43,299 bases of DNA from assembly GCA_045533895.1 (NCBI GenBank), contig JAZSIT010000147.1:1-43299 (forward strand), in the 5' to 3' direction. Shown one piece after another: positions 9,694 to 20,617 of this stretch. The notes beneath the pieces were generated by a model. That model saw nothing but the letters and a program-made list of their open reading frames with translations, was not told where the DNA came from and did no database searches. Within the stretch, counting starts at the first letter, position 1. Each line of letters opens with the position of its first letter. The translations under genes were made by a program, and so were the position numbers. Origin of the DNA: Eubacteriales bacterium. Its GTDB lineage: Bacteria > Bacillota > Clostridia > Oscillospirales > CAG-382.

Positions 9694-11372
9694 CTCTTTT
9701 TACTCTCCTTAAGAAAGCCTCTTCTAATTAAAAATCCTGCCAGACGGTTTCCGAAAGGAAGCAGTCTTACCTCTGTAGCTGTAATTCCGCCGCAGGCAAG
9801 CATGGTTACAACGTATACTATAACGCCGGGAATAACACCGAAAACAAACATTACGATATTACCCAGTCTGGTAGTTTCTTCAACAAACAGCTTTGCAACG
9901 GAATAGCCGCCAAAGGCCGCCAAAGCGCACAGCGCAGAGCAAAGCACCGGCTTTCCAAACAGTTTTATGGGGTTGAGCTTCATTCCCGATACCTTGCGCA
10001 CCGCCTGCATATTAAGTACGGTTGCAACTGCATAGCAGAGAAGCGAAGCGATGGGCGCACCGTAAATACCGATTTTGGGAATACCCACAAGAACAGTTTC
10101 GGAAACCACAAGGAAAAGTATACCCACACCGATAGACAGCACCGGACGGAAATTCTTTCCGTAGGAATGAAGAAGTGCGTTGGTGGTAGACATTAACGAC
10201 AGGAAAATAATTCCGAAGGAAAGCATGGAAAGAGAGATAGCTCCCACATCAATAGGCATTACGGTACTTCCGTCAAGCAGGGTTATTTCCTTGGAAAGGG
10301 CGCCGAAGTAAATTGTCTGAATAACGGGACGGGAAAGCACCGCCAAACCGAATGCGCTGGGAATTGCGATAATACCGGAAATACGTATTGAGGAATGTAT
10401 GTATCCCATAGTTTCGCGTACTCTGCCTCCGGTGAGAGATGCTGTCATTGCGGGGAGAATACTCAGTGCAATAGGATACACCAAAGTAGAAGGGACCAGG
10501 TCCGAAATAGAGATTGCCAGCGTGGTATATGCAGTATACAGCCTGTCCGCCATTTCCTCGGCAAAGCCCGATGCAATAAGGCGGTTGTTGATGACCACCG
10601 TATCAAAAAAGGTGGAAAAATACAAAGCCGACCCTGCAAGAGTAACGGGAATTGCAACTCTTAAAGCTCGTCCCGCAAGCACGGAATAGGGCGCAACGGT
10701 ACGGTCGTTATCCGGTATAGCGGTATCGCGCTGACGGTAAAAACAGATAATGAGAAAAACGGTTCCCACAATAACGCCGACAGAAATACCTGAAACCGCA
10801 AAGGCGGCCTGCACGGGACCCGACCAGCCTCTTGCTCTTGCAAAGGCGGCGCCGCCCAAGCCGAGAATAAGCTTTAATACCGCTTCGATAAAATTGGAAA
10901 CAGCGGTGGGAACCATGTTGCGGAGTCCCTGAAAATATCCGCGTATGGAAGCGGTTATACATATAATAAACAACGTGGGGGATATTACCCGCATTGCCAT
11001 TTCTGCGCCGGGATGGGCTGTAATATTGCATATCAGCTCCGCGCCGAAAAACATTGCAAGCGAGCAGAAAAGCCCGATGGTGCCAAAGGTAAAAGCGCAG
11101 GCACGGAATACTGCCGACGCCTCTCTTCTCCTGCCCTTTTCCGCAGAAACAGCCACCAGACGGGAGACCGCAACGGGAAGTCCCGAGGTGGAAATCATAA
11201 ACAGCATTGCGTATATGGAATATGCGGCGTTGAACACGCCCATAAATTCTCCAAGCTGATCTGCAAGGGGTATCTTAAATAATACCCCCACAAGCTTGAC
11301 TGCAAAATTTGATACAGATACAATGGCGGCTTCAGCTACGAAGCTTTTTGCCGCCTTTCCATTGTTATTCAT
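9690..11372 (-). CDS. Polysaccharide biosynthesis/flippase protein (SpoVB/YabM, MOP family)
   Basis: Multi-TM; STSGLPVAVSRLVA, RGYFQG..NMVPTAVS; position next to mazG as for yabM-yabN. Confidence 0.9.
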   Translation of the reverse strand: MNNNGKAAKSFVAEAAIVSVSNFAVKLVGVLFKIPLADQLGEFMGVFNAAYSIYAMLFMISTSGLPVAVSRLVAVSAEKGRRREASAVFRACAFTFGTIGLFCSLAMFFGAELICNITAHPGAEMAMRVISPTLFIICITASIRGYFQGLRNMVPTAVSNFIEAVLKLILGLGGAAFARARGWSGPVQAAFAVSGISVGVIVGTVFLIICFYRQRDTAIPDNDRTVAPYSVLAGRALRVAIPVTLAGSALYFSTFFDTVVINNRLIASGFAEEMADRLYTAYTTLAISISDLVPSTLVYPIALSILPAMTASLTGGRVRETMGYIHSSIRISGIIAIPSAFGLAVLSRPVIQTIYFGALSKEITLLDGSTVMPIDVGAISLSMLSFGIIFLSLMSTTNALLHSYGKNFRPVLSIGVGILFLVVSETVLVGIPKIGIYGAPIASLLCYAVATVLNMQAVRKVSGMKLNPIKLFGKPVLCSALCALAAFGGYSVAKLFVEETTRLGNIVMFVFGVIPGVIVYVVTMLACGGITATEVRLLPFGNRLAGFLIRRGFLKESKKR

Positions 11373-12222
11373 AACGTTCCTTCATAAATTCCCGTAATAC
11401 GGACGACATTGGTACAAGAGAGTGGTCTATCGGCTCCTCGTCCTCAAGAGAAGAGAGAATACGGCAAGCCTTTTTATAATAAATGCTGTCCTCTTTTACC
11501 TGCGAAAGTATCATCCGTGCATCCAGCACGTGAACGCCGCGCTCATAGGTGAAATAAGTGTTTATCTTAAAATCCGCATAGTTTACAAAGGGATCTATAT
11601 ACAGCCTTTCCCCTTCCTTAACATCGCCCCACATAGAAAAGGTGAGGTCTGCATCTGCACCGCGATGGTGGTAATCTCTTACCATTCTGCGCAAAAAGCG
11701 GGGGTCTTTATCAAAATGACTTTCGGCGTAAAGATATACACGGACAAGATTCTTTTCGTCCACATATCCGCTGTATATAAGTGGATTAAGGGCGTGCAGT
11801 CCCTCAAGTATGACAACATCGTCATCGGAAATGCTGACGGGAGTATATTTATCGTCCCTGCGCTTGTTAACAAAGGTGTACTTGGGCAGATATGCCGTTT
11901 TTCCCGCCATAAGGTCGGTAAGGAAGAGGTGAAGATAATCAAGATCAATACTGTGGATAGTTTCAAGATCCTTTGTTCCGTCTTCGCGAACGGGAGTATC
12001 TGCGTAATTGAGATAAAAATCGTCAATGGAAACAGAAAGGGCTTTTCTGCCCGCCGCGGTAATTCCCTCGGTTATTTTACGGGTGGTGGTAGTCTTGCCG
12101 GCACAGGAAGGCCCCGCAATAAGAACTAATCGTTTTTCACGGTTTTCAAGCACTGCAGATACAACTTCGCCTATATTGTCTTCATATCTTTTTTCCTGAG
12201 ATTCAATCATTAAAATGCTCAA
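11365..12222 (-). CDS. Nucleoside (uridine) kinase family protein
   Basis: Walker A IAGPSCAGKTTT, SIDDFY, ILEGLHALNP, RRMVRD..HRG; TTG start with AAGGAG RBS. Confidence 0.88.
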   Translation of the reverse strand: MSILMIESQEKRYEDNIGEVVSAVLENREKRLVLIAGPSCAGKTTTTRKITEGITAAGRKALSVSIDDFYLNYADTPVREDGTKDLETIHSIDLDYLHLFLTDLMAGKTAYLPKYTFVNKRRDDKYTPVSISDDDVVILEGLHALNPLIYSGYVDEKNLVRVYLYAESHFDKDPRFLRRMVRDYHHRGADADLTFSMWGDVKEGERLYIDPFVNYADFKINTYFTYERGVHVLDARMILSQVKEDSIYYKKACRILSSLEDEEPIDHSLVPMSSVLREFMKERYE

Positions 12223-13690
12223 AATAAAACTCCTTGATACGGTCGGTGCCGATACCCTTCGGCTCGGCTAAGTATTCATACGGATATTTCTGATGTGCTA
12301 TACGGTCGATAATCTCTTCATCGGGAGAAACAAGCTTGGTTATTGCGCCTGCACCGCAAGCGAACACGCTGGAATGTTCCTCCATCATAAGTATGTTATA
12401 TAAATTTTCCTTGCCGGGTATAGAATATCCGGTATTTTCCGCGTTACCAACGGTGTTTTTCTGTCGGTATAGATAATAAGGCTCCATGCCGTGCTCGATC
12501 ATTCTGTCATAAACATACTGAACGCATTTTACCGCAAGATTACCCACCGGGTCATAGACGTTTTCTTTTTCAAACCGCATTGCGGCGGCGTTCTTTATAC
12601 TTAAAGTGTGCAGTGTTATATTCTCAAAGCCCATAGAAAGCACCTTTTCAAAGCTGGAAACAAAGGTATCGAAGGTATCCTCGGGAAGACCTGCGATAAG
12701 GTCGGTATTAATACAATCAAAGCCTATTTTACGGGCGGTCTCGTAAGCATCGAAAAACTGGCTGACGCTGTGCTGTCTGCCGATGGCGCGGAGCACGTTT
12801 TCGTTAAGGCTCTGGGGGTTTATGCTTACACGGTTTGCGCCGCTTTCCTTGGCAGCTATAAGCTTTTCAGGCGTGATAGTATCCGGTCTGCCGGCTTCAA
12901 AGGTAAATTCACGAAGTCCCGATAGATCGAAATTATCGGTAACCGTGCCAAGCACGCGGCGTGTCTGCTCGGGAGAAAGGATGGAAGGGGTGCCGCCGCC
13001 CACATATATGGACGATACCTTAATACCCAGTTCCTTCATAACAGATGCGGTATCTTTTATATCCTTTACCAAAAGTTCAATATAATCGGGCAGCATTTTG
13101 AGAAGACGGGGTGTCGAATAAGAAACAAAGGAGCAATATGCGCACCTTGTGGGACAAAAAGGGATGGAAATATAAAGTCCCGCCGTCTTTTTCTCAACAT
13201 CCTTGAGCATGCGTATCTCGTTATGCGCCGTACGGATGGAAAGGGCTGTCTTTTCGGGAGAGATGTTGTGGTCTTTTATAAAAAGGTTTGCTACAGTCTC
13301 GTCGTCATATCCGCGGTCAAGATAGTATCTTGCCCGTTTTACGGGACGCAGCCCTGTAATATATCCCCAGGGAAGAGAAAAACCAAACAGCTTTTCACCT
13401 GCCCGAAGAAAGGCTTTGCCGATGGCGCACTGGGCTTCAAGTTCCTTGTGAACGGGAACGGAAAATTCGTATCCGTCGGTACAAAATTCGCCCTCTGCCG
13501 AATATTCTCCGGCGTGAAGCACTGCTTTTCCGTAAAAGCCCCTGCCCCGCTCTTCCAAAACATATTCCGCACGGTTGGGGCTTGTGTCCTCACCTGTGGG
13601 AAATTTTTCACCGGGAAAATACAGCAAGCTTAAAGTCTGAAAATAATAATTATTAAGCAAGCCCGTGGTGTTATTTATGGTAAGTCTCAT
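12203..13690 (-). CDS. hemZ: HemN-like radical SAM protein HemZ
   Basis: PWG.ITG.RP.K, YISIPFCPTRCAYCSF, GGGTP, EAGRPDTI, PYYLYRQKN. Confidence 0.93.
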   Translation of the reverse strand: MRLTINNTTGLLNNYYFQTLSLLYFPGEKFPTGEDTSPNRAEYVLEERGRGFYGKAVLHAGEYSAEGEFCTDGYEFSVPVHKELEAQCAIGKAFLRAGEKLFGFSLPWGYITGLRPVKRARYYLDRGYDDETVANLFIKDHNISPEKTALSIRTAHNEIRMLKDVEKKTAGLYISIPFCPTRCAYCSFVSYSTPRLLKMLPDYIELLVKDIKDTASVMKELGIKVSSIYVGGGTPSILSPEQTRRVLGTVTDNFDLSGLREFTFEAGRPDTITPEKLIAAKESGANRVSINPQSLNENVLRAIGRQHSVSQFFDAYETARKIGFDCINTDLIAGLPEDTFDTFVSSFEKVLSMGFENITLHTLSIKNAAAMRFEKENVYDPVGNLAVKCVQYVYDRMIEHGMEPYYLYRQKNTVGNAENTGYSIPGKENLYNILMMEEHSSVFACGAGAITKLVSPDEEIIDRIAHQKYPYEYLAEPKGIGTDRIKEFYFEHFND

Positions 13691-14130
13691 AATGAAGCGG
13701 TATCAAGGTATACAGTAACGGGACCGAAGTTTTCCGCACTGATACGCATATCTCCTCCGAAAACTCCGCACACCGTGGGAACGGACTCCGATACGATGGC
13801 GGCAAGTTTTTCATAATATTCCTTTGCTTTATCGGCAGGCGCGGCGGAAATAAACTCCGGACGCCTTCCGTGAGAGCAATCTGCACAAAGAGTGAAGTTT
13901 GATATAAGCATTATCGAACCGCCCACATCGCTTACGGACAAAGACATTTTACCCGCATCGTTGCGGAAGATACGCATACCCGTAATTTTCTTTGCGGCTT
14001 TTTGAATATCGCTTTCGGTATCATCGGCTGTTACACCGCAGAACACTAAAAGACCTATGCCTATATCAGATATATGCTCGCCCTCCACGGTACATGAAGC
14101 GGAAAGCACTCTTTGTATAACGATTTTCAT
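13687..14130 (-). CDS. dtd: D-aminoacyl-tRNA deacylase
   Basis: MKIVIQRV..AS, SNFTL, GRRP.F, N.GPVT; follows rel. Confidence 0.95.
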   Translation of the reverse strand: MKIVIQRVLSASCTVEGEHISDIGIGLLVFCGVTADDTESDIQKAAKKITGMRIFRNDAGKMSLSVSDVGGSIMLISNFTLCADCSHGRRPEFISAAPADKAKEYYEKLAAIVSESVPTVCGVFGGDMRISAENFGPVTVYLDTASL

Positions 14131-16331
14131 TAAATACCTCTTTCGTTACCTCTGGTAACGTCTCTTACATTGGGCACCTTGCGAAGCTGGGACATAATGC
14201 TGTGCAGATGGTCAATATTACTGCACTTGATAACTACGGTAAGCAAGCAGTTACCCAGATTTTCCTTTGCAGACATGGATATTACATCAACCGACATATT
14301 CTTTAACTGCATGGAAACATCGGCAAACAGTGCTGACGAATACTGGGCGTAAACGTTAAGCACAGCCTCAAACTTGCCCGCCTCGCGCTTTTCAACTTGG
14401 GTAGACCAAGAAGCTACCACCCATCTGTCCTTATCCTCAGGCTTTTGAAGACCTGCCTGAGCATTGGGACAATCATATTTGTGTATGGAAACGCCATAAC
14501 CCTTGGTGATAAATCCTATAATACTGTCGCCTGGGAGAGGGTTACAGCACTTCGCGAACTTGACCTCACAGCCGGAAACGCTGTCTATAATTACCGATTG
14601 TGAATTGGTTATTCTGCCGGTAGACGCCGGTTTTTCGGGAACCGGAGTTTCCTCCACAGGTTCCGGAGGGCATACCACACGGGTGAATTCGTCCTTTAAT
14701 TTCGCGGCTATTTTGCTGACAGAAAGTCCGCCGTAACCGATATTATTGTAAAGATCGTCCGGCTCGGGAAGTCCGATACGGGACGCCACGTTGGTAACAA
14801 TCTCGTTTTTCTGCGCTTCGGAATAACTCTTACCGTAGCGCTTAAGCTCGCGGTCAATCTCTGTCTTGCCGACAATTATATTTTCCGCGCGCATTTCTTT
14901 TTTGAAATACTGGCGTATTTTATTTCTCGCTTCGCCGGAACGGACTATCTTCAGCCAATCACGGCTGGGACCTTTTGAAGATGATGATGTTATTACCTCA
15001 ACGATCTGTCCGTTTTCCAAAATGGAATCTATAGGCACGATACTTCCGTTAACGCGGGCGCCCACCATCTTGTTGCCGACAGCAGAGTGAATTGCATAAG
15101 CAAAATCTATGGGAGTGGCGTTGGTGGGAAGGTTTACAACGTCTCCTTTGGGAGTAAAAACGAATATTTCGTCCTCAAAAAGGTCGATTTTGAGAGGACG
15201 GTAAAATTCATCGGGATCATCGGTGTCTTTTTCGGTTTCAAGAAGGGTGCGTATCCACTGAAGTTTTTGGTCAACTATTTCCTTCGTCTGCTCGCCGGAT
15301 TTATATTTCCAGTGCGCGGCAAGACCGTATTCCGCCTCGCGATGCATATCCCATGTGCGTATCTGCACCTCAACGGGAATACCCTCTTTTCCTATAACTG
15401 TGGTATGAAGAGAACGGTAAAGATTTGGCTTCGGTGTAGAGATATAGTCCTTGAACCTGCCGGGAATAAAGTTAAACGCCTCATGGATTATACCGAGAGA
15501 GGTATAACAATCCAGCTCGGTATCAACGATTATGCGAATAGCGTAAAAATCGTAGATTTCCTCAAAGCTTTTACTGCCCGTATACATCTTTTTGTATATG
15601 GAATATATGGACTTGATTCGTCCTTCAAGGCGGTATTTTATATGGTTTTCATCCAATTTCTCGGCAACGAGAGCTTTATAATGTTCCAAAAAGCCCTTGT
15701 TTTCGCCGTAACGCTTATCAACGTCGCTTTCCACTTCATGATAGCCGATAGGATCGAGATAGCGAAGGGCTAACATTTCCAGTTCCTGCTTTATCTTCTG
15801 GATACCCAGACGGTGCGCAAGAGGCGCATAAACGTGCATGGTTTCCAAAGCAACGGAACGCTGTTTTTCCTCGCGGCGCACGTCTAAAGTGCGCATGTTG
15901 TGAAGACGGTCGGCAAGTTTTATGAATATAACGCGCAAATCCTTGCTCATGGCAAGGAACATTTTACGCAAATTTTCTATACTCTCGTCCTGCTTTGTTT
16001 CAAAACGAATGTGAACAAGCTTGGTAACACCGTCCACCAGTTCGGAAACCTCTGTGCCGAACTCCTTTTTTATAACGTTGAGATTTACCTTATCGCCGCA
16101 ATCCTCAACTGTATCGTGAAGAAGGGCGGCGCAGATAGAATCGGTATCAAGCTGAAGGTCAGCAACAATATGAGAAACCGAAACAGGGTGCATAATATAG
16201 GGTTCTCCCGATATACGGGTCTGCCCCTCGTGCATCCTTGCAGCAAATTCGTATGCTTTTGTTATTTTAGCTATATCGTAGCCGCCGCTTTGCTTTAGTT
16301 TTTCAACCAAGCTTTCAAAACTAACAGACAT
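14130..16331 (-). CDS. relA: Bifunctional (p)ppGpp synthetase/hydrolase Rel
   Basis: HD motif LLHDTVED, KLADRLHNMRT, YRSLHTT, EVQIRT, TGS and ACT domains. Confidence 0.98.
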   Translation of the reverse strand: MSVSFESLVEKLKQSGGYDIAKITKAYEFAARMHEGQTRISGEPYIMHPVSVSHIVADLQLDTDSICAALLHDTVEDCGDKVNLNVIKKEFGTEVSELVDGVTKLVHIRFETKQDESIENLRKMFLAMSKDLRVIFIKLADRLHNMRTLDVRREEKQRSVALETMHVYAPLAHRLGIQKIKQELEMLALRYLDPIGYHEVESDVDKRYGENKGFLEHYKALVAEKLDENHIKYRLEGRIKSIYSIYKKMYTGSKSFEEIYDFYAIRIIVDTELDCYTSLGIIHEAFNFIPGRFKDYISTPKPNLYRSLHTTVIGKEGIPVEVQIRTWDMHREAEYGLAAHWKYKSGEQTKEIVDQKLQWIRTLLETEKDTDDPDEFYRPLKIDLFEDEIFVFTPKGDVVNLPTNATPIDFAYAIHSAVGNKMVGARVNGSIVPIDSILENGQIVEVITSSSSKGPSRDWLKIVRSGEARNKIRQYFKKEMRAENIIVGKTEIDRELKRYGKSYSEAQKNEIVTNVASRIGLPEPDDLYNNIGYGGLSVSKIAAKLKDEFTRVVCPPEPVEETPVPEKPASTGRITNSQSVIIDSVSGCEVKFAKCCNPLPGDSIIGFITKGYGVSIHKYDCPNAQAGLQKPEDKDRWVVASWSTQVEKREAGKFEAVLNVYAQYSSALFADVSMQLKNMSVDVISMSAKENLGNCLLTVVIKCSNIDHLHSIMSQLRKVPNVRDVTRGNERGI

Positions 16332-16339
16332 TTTTCACC

Positions 16340-18433
16340 CTATACAAGTGCGTGTTTTGCTTTTATTCTGCGAAGCAAAGCAGAATTATCCAAATTGATT
16401 TTTCCGCTGAAGGGCAAAAGCTTTATTCGTATAAGCATCCCGGAAAGATGCTCCACCTCGGCAATACCCTGCTCTTGCAAAACATCGCTTATTATCATTA
16501 TTTTACAGATATTTATATCTTTGCCGGTTTCCTCGTGGATAGACCCCGATATACGTCGTAGAGAAAGAGGCTTGTTTCCGTCGGTATTGCGGCGGAGATA
16601 GCGGAACACTTCTCTGAAATCAATAAGATTGGGCACGCAGGAAGCCGGAATATCCTCTGTGTTGTTTTCATCCACTGCGGCGCGGTATATGCGCAGCATA
16701 CCCTCGTTGTTGGCATCCTCGCTGACAGAAAGCCGCATTCCCTTAACAAGAAGCTGGGGAACGGAATTGCCCATAAATTCATTTATTTCAAGAGTAAACG
16801 CTATATCGCATTTATCACCTTCGCAAAACTGGAAGCTGTCCGCGCTCATACCGAAATATACTGCGGTAACGTCGCTTCTGCTGCCATCGGATACTCTTAT
16901 TTTTATATGCTTTCCGCCGGAAAGAGGTGTAATACCTCTTATTACCGCATCCCGAAGAATAAACACGGGCACGGGGTTGGAAAGACCGAAGGGTTCAAGA
17001 CGCTGAATATCCTCCGCTTGCCTTAAGGTAAGCTCGGGAAAATACGCCTCGCAGTCTATTTCCAAAGGAATGACAAGTTCGTTTTTCTTTATATGTTTTT
17101 CCGCATAAGCGTTAAGACGGGCGGTAAACTCGGGCAGTTTATCACGTGAAATGGAAAGTCCCGCCGCAAGCTCGTGTCCGCCGTATTCAAGAAGCAGGTC
17201 GGAACATTCCGCCAAAGCGTCCATAAGAGAAAAACCTTTTATGCTTCGTCCGCTACCCTTGCCGGTATCCCCGTCAAAGGAAAACAGCACGCTGGGAAGG
17301 GAATATTTTTCGGTAATTCTTGACGCAACAACACCGATAACGCCTTGATGCCATCCATCGGAGGACAGCACGAAAGCGGTTTTATCCGAATGCTGTTCGT
17401 TTATCTGGTTTATTGCCTGATTATATATATCCAATTCGGTGGACTGGCGCTTTTTGTTTATCTCGCAAAGCTCCTCGGCAATACGGGTAGCCTCTTCCTC
17501 GTTATCTGCGAGCAAAAGCTCCACCGCTCTTACGGCGCTGGTAATTCTTCCTGCCGCATTTATACGGGGCGCAAGCACATATCCGATGGTTGACGATGTT
17601 ATCTTTTTAACCTTTTTGCCGTTTTTGTAAACGCCCACCTGCTCCATAAGAGCGCGAAGACCGTGATACTTTGTGTGGGCAAGATTTTCAATACCTATAG
17701 CCGCAATAAGACGGTTTTCACCTACGATAGGCATAACATCGGCAATAGTGCCGATAGCCACTATCTCGCCGTAACGCTTACAGATATCCTCACTGTTTCC
17801 GTGCAACGCGCAGAGAAGCTTGAACACTACCCCTACACCTGCCAGCTTCTTAAAAGGATAACCGCAATCCTCGCGGTGAGGATTTATAACGGCAACGGCA
17901 TCCGGCAGTACCTCGCGGCAGCTGTGATGGTCGGTAATTATCATATCCATACCCAACTGCTTTGCGTATTCTGTCTCTGCAACGGCGGTAATACCGGTAT
18001 CAACGGTTATGAGCAAATCCACCTTGCCCGCAAAACGCTGAATGGCGGCACAGCTTAGTCCGTACCCCTCGTTCATACGCTCGGGAATGAAATAAGTGGT
18101 AGGCACGCCCATAGAGGACAGATATGTATACAGCATGGTCGTGGAGGTAACACCGTCCACGTCGTAATCGCCGTAAATACAGACGCGCTCTTTATTTTGT
18201 ATAGCCTTTTTTATTCGGGCAACAGCCTTGTCCATATCCTTGAGCAGATACGGATCGTAAAAGGACAGCTTGGATATATCGTAAAATTCATCTATTTTTT
18301 CAATAGTATCCAGTCCTCTTGAGCACAACAGCCGTGCAGTAAGCGGCAAAAATCCGGATTCAGAACGCAAAGCGTTTACTGCGGATTTATCGGCGCTGTT
18401 TATGACCCACTTTCTGGAAGTCAATGCCCTCAT
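16340..18433 (-). CDS. recJ: ssDNA-specific exonuclease RecJ
   Basis: YGDYDVDG, TDHH, PRINAAGR, GSGRS, GGHELAAG. Confidence 0.98.
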   Translation of the reverse strand: MRALTSRKWVINSADKSAVNALRSESGFLPLTARLLCSRGLDTIEKIDEFYDISKLSFYDPYLLKDMDKAVARIKKAIQNKERVCIYGDYDVDGVTSTTMLYTYLSSMGVPTTYFIPERMNEGYGLSCAAIQRFAGKVDLLITVDTGITAVAETEYAKQLGMDMIITDHHSCREVLPDAVAVINPHREDCGYPFKKLAGVGVVFKLLCALHGNSEDICKRYGEIVAIGTIADVMPIVGENRLIAAIGIENLAHTKYHGLRALMEQVGVYKNGKKVKKITSSTIGYVLAPRINAAGRITSAVRAVELLLADNEEEATRIAEELCEINKKRQSTELDIYNQAINQINEQHSDKTAFVLSSDGWHQGVIGVVASRITEKYSLPSVLFSFDGDTGKGSGRSIKGFSLMDALAECSDLLLEYGGHELAAGLSISRDKLPEFTARLNAYAEKHIKKNELVIPLEIDCEAYFPELTLRQAEDIQRLEPFGLSNPVPVFILRDAVIRGITPLSGGKHIKIRVSDGSRSDVTAVYFGMSADSFQFCEGDKCDIAFTLEINEFMGNSVPQLLVKGMRLSVSEDANNEGMLRIYRAAVDENNTEDIPASCVPNLIDFREVFRYLRRNTDGNKPLSLRRISGSIHEETGKDINICKIMIISDVLQEQGIAEVEHLSGMLIRIKLLPFSGKINLDNSALLRRIKAKHALV

Positions 18434-18443
18434 CTCCTAAAAT

Positions 18444-19715
18444 TTATTTTATAACGATCTTAACGGTATACGCATCCTTGTTGTGAACGAAGACGCCGGA
18501 AATATCATCGGGAACTTCGGTAACCGTAACGGGAACCACCATCTCGCCTGCGGTAAGCTCCCCGAGAAGGGACATATCCACGGTAATTGCAATATCTTCC
18601 TCGGTAAGTTCGTTCAACACATCCTGCAAACCGCGAAGCTGTATTACAACATCCTCAAGCCCTTTGGCATCAAGCCCTTCGGGGATATTGATAAACTCAA
18701 TATTTTCAGAGGATATTACCATTTCGCGCTTGCCCATATCCGGCACAGTGATAAGCACCGTGGCGTACCGGCTTTCGCTTACATTAGTTACTCCCGCAGG
18801 GGGATTTATAAGCAGTTTTATAGGTAAATCAAGATCGGTAGCGGTCTCGTCAATAGAAATAACATACTCACTCACGTTTGCCATCTGCTCTACCGTGCCC
18901 TTAAACCTCACCGTCTCCATATCACAACGGATATCGGCGGTAAGGCTGGAATAAATCCCTCCGGTAAGATTTACCTTAACGGGAATATCCTTTTCCACAT
19001 AAACCGAAACAGACGCAGTAACGGTGCTGTTTTCGATAAAGATATAAGGATTATCTATTTCCTGCTTGTTGATATCCAGCAATTTAACGTCTGCGGAGGC
19101 TTTAACGGAATTAACCAGCTCGCCCAATTCCAAATCAAGATACGCTCCGGAAATTTTTTCCAGCTCATTGGCAGGCCCCCACACGGTAACAGAAGCGGGA
19201 CTGCAGTTAACGGTATCAATATACAGATTTTCGTCCAGCACATAGCTCATTTTGCGGATATTGACCACATACTGCTGGGAAATAAAATTATCAACATAAA
19301 GTCGAATCTCACTTACGGATTGGGAAGCAACGGTTGTTCCGTTAGGAGCGGATATCTGAACGCTGAATTTGTTCATACCGGCCGCCGCAACCGAAGACAG
19401 GTCGATAACCGCAGTAATATCGGAAGCGCGGACCTGATTCACATCGGTACGTTTGCCGACTATAGTAACGTCAACGGTGAGATTGGGCTGTTCAAGAAGA
19501 GTATAGCCGAGGTTTTGCCGCAGCTCCGCTTCACCGGTAACGCCTATTTCGATATTGGTAAAGGTTTTTGAAAAGTCGGGGCTGTCGTAATCTATGGCAA
19601 AAAACCAAAGCACAACAGCACATACCACCGCCAACAAAACCGTAAGAAAAGAAATTATCTTATTCTTGTTTCTGCGGCGGTCGGTATCAGGGGATTTACT
19701 GTTTATTCTGTTCAT
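18444..19715 (-). CDS. cdaR: CdaR/YbbR-domain regulator of diadenylate cyclase
   Basis: N-terminal TM (AVVLW) plus repeated beta-rich YbbR-like domains, overlapping cdaA. Confidence 0.85.
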   Translation of the reverse strand: MNRINSKSPDTDRRRNKNKIISFLTVLLAVVCAVVLWFFAIDYDSPDFSKTFTNIEIGVTGEAELRQNLGYTLLEQPNLTVDVTIVGKRTDVNQVRASDITAVIDLSSVAAAGMNKFSVQISAPNGTTVASQSVSEIRLYVDNFISQQYVVNIRKMSYVLDENLYIDTVNCSPASVTVWGPANELEKISGAYLDLELGELVNSVKASADVKLLDINKQEIDNPYIFIENSTVTASVSVYVEKDIPVKVNLTGGIYSSLTADIRCDMETVRFKGTVEQMANVSEYVISIDETATDLDLPIKLLINPPAGVTNVSESRYATVLITVPDMGKREMVISSENIEFINIPEGLDAKGLEDVVIQLRGLQDVLNELTEEDIAITVDMSLLGELTAGEMVVPVTVTEVPDDISGVFVHNKDAYTVKIVIK

Positions 19716-20580
19716 TTTCCATATCCCCCTTTTTCTTTTTGGTTATACGTGTAATCTGGCTCTTTACCCTGCTCTTAAGCAGGTTTTCTTTTACTATAAG
19801 CTGTTCTTCAAGATAGGTCTCCAGCTTTTTGCGGGAGAATCCTCTTTGGAGAGCTCCGTCGCAAGCGATGGAGATAACTCCGGTCTCTTCGGAAACAATA
19901 AGTACGATAGCATCGCTGTTTTCGCTCATACCAATACCTGCGCGGTGGCGGGTACCAAGGTCTTTCACTATCTCGCTGTTATCGGACAAGGGCAAAAAGC
20001 ATCCTGCGGCGTGAACACGTCCCTCGCGAAAGATGACAGCACCGTCGTGTAAAGGCGCTTTGTTAAAGAATAAGTTTCCGATAAGGAAAGAGGTAGGTTT
20101 TGCATCTACGACGGTACCGGTACGGATAACGTCGCCCAATTTGGTAGAACGCTCGAAAACCATCAAAGCGCCTGTTTTGGACTGGGAAAGCTGTTCTGCG
20201 GCGATAGCCACCTCGGTTATACACTCGGTATACGTTTTAACCGTTTCGTCATCCATTTTTCCCTTAAAGCTGCGGAGAGATTCGCCGCCCACCTTCTCAA
20301 GAACGCTGCGCAATTCCGGCTGGAAAACAACTACCAGCGCCAGAATACCTACACTGAACAGATTTGAGAGAATAAAGTTAAGAGCGTGCATATCCAGCAC
20401 TTCGCTTACCAGAAGCAGTATCAAAAGCAAAATAATACCGACAGCAAGCTTACCGGCACGGCGTTCCCTTATGAACTTAAATGTATAGTAAAGCAAAAAA
20501 GATACTATTACAATGTCTATTACGTCTATTACCGTAATGTTAAAGAGAGTTTCCTTTACGTAATAAAGAAAGTTACCCAC
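19696..20580 (-). CDS. cdaA: Diadenylate cyclase CdaA
   Basis: 3 TM, FQPELR, PLHDGA, LGTRHRA, VSEETG. Confidence 0.97.
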   Translation of the reverse strand: MGNFLYYVKETLFNITVIDVIDIVIVSFLLYYTFKFIRERRAGKLAVGIILLLILLLVSEVLDMHALNFILSNLFSVGILALVVVFQPELRSVLEKVGGESLRSFKGKMDDETVKTYTECITEVAIAAEQLSQSKTGALMVFERSTKLGDVIRTGTVVDAKPTSFLIGNLFFNKAPLHDGAVIFREGRVHAAGCFLPLSDNSEIVKDLGTRHRAGIGMSENSDAIVLIVSEETGVISIACDGALQRGFSRKKLETYLEEQLIVKENLLKSRVKSQITRITKKKKGDMENEQNKQ

Positions 20581-20617
20581 CTTACTTGCCTCCGTTCAAA
20601 AACTTTTCCCAAATATT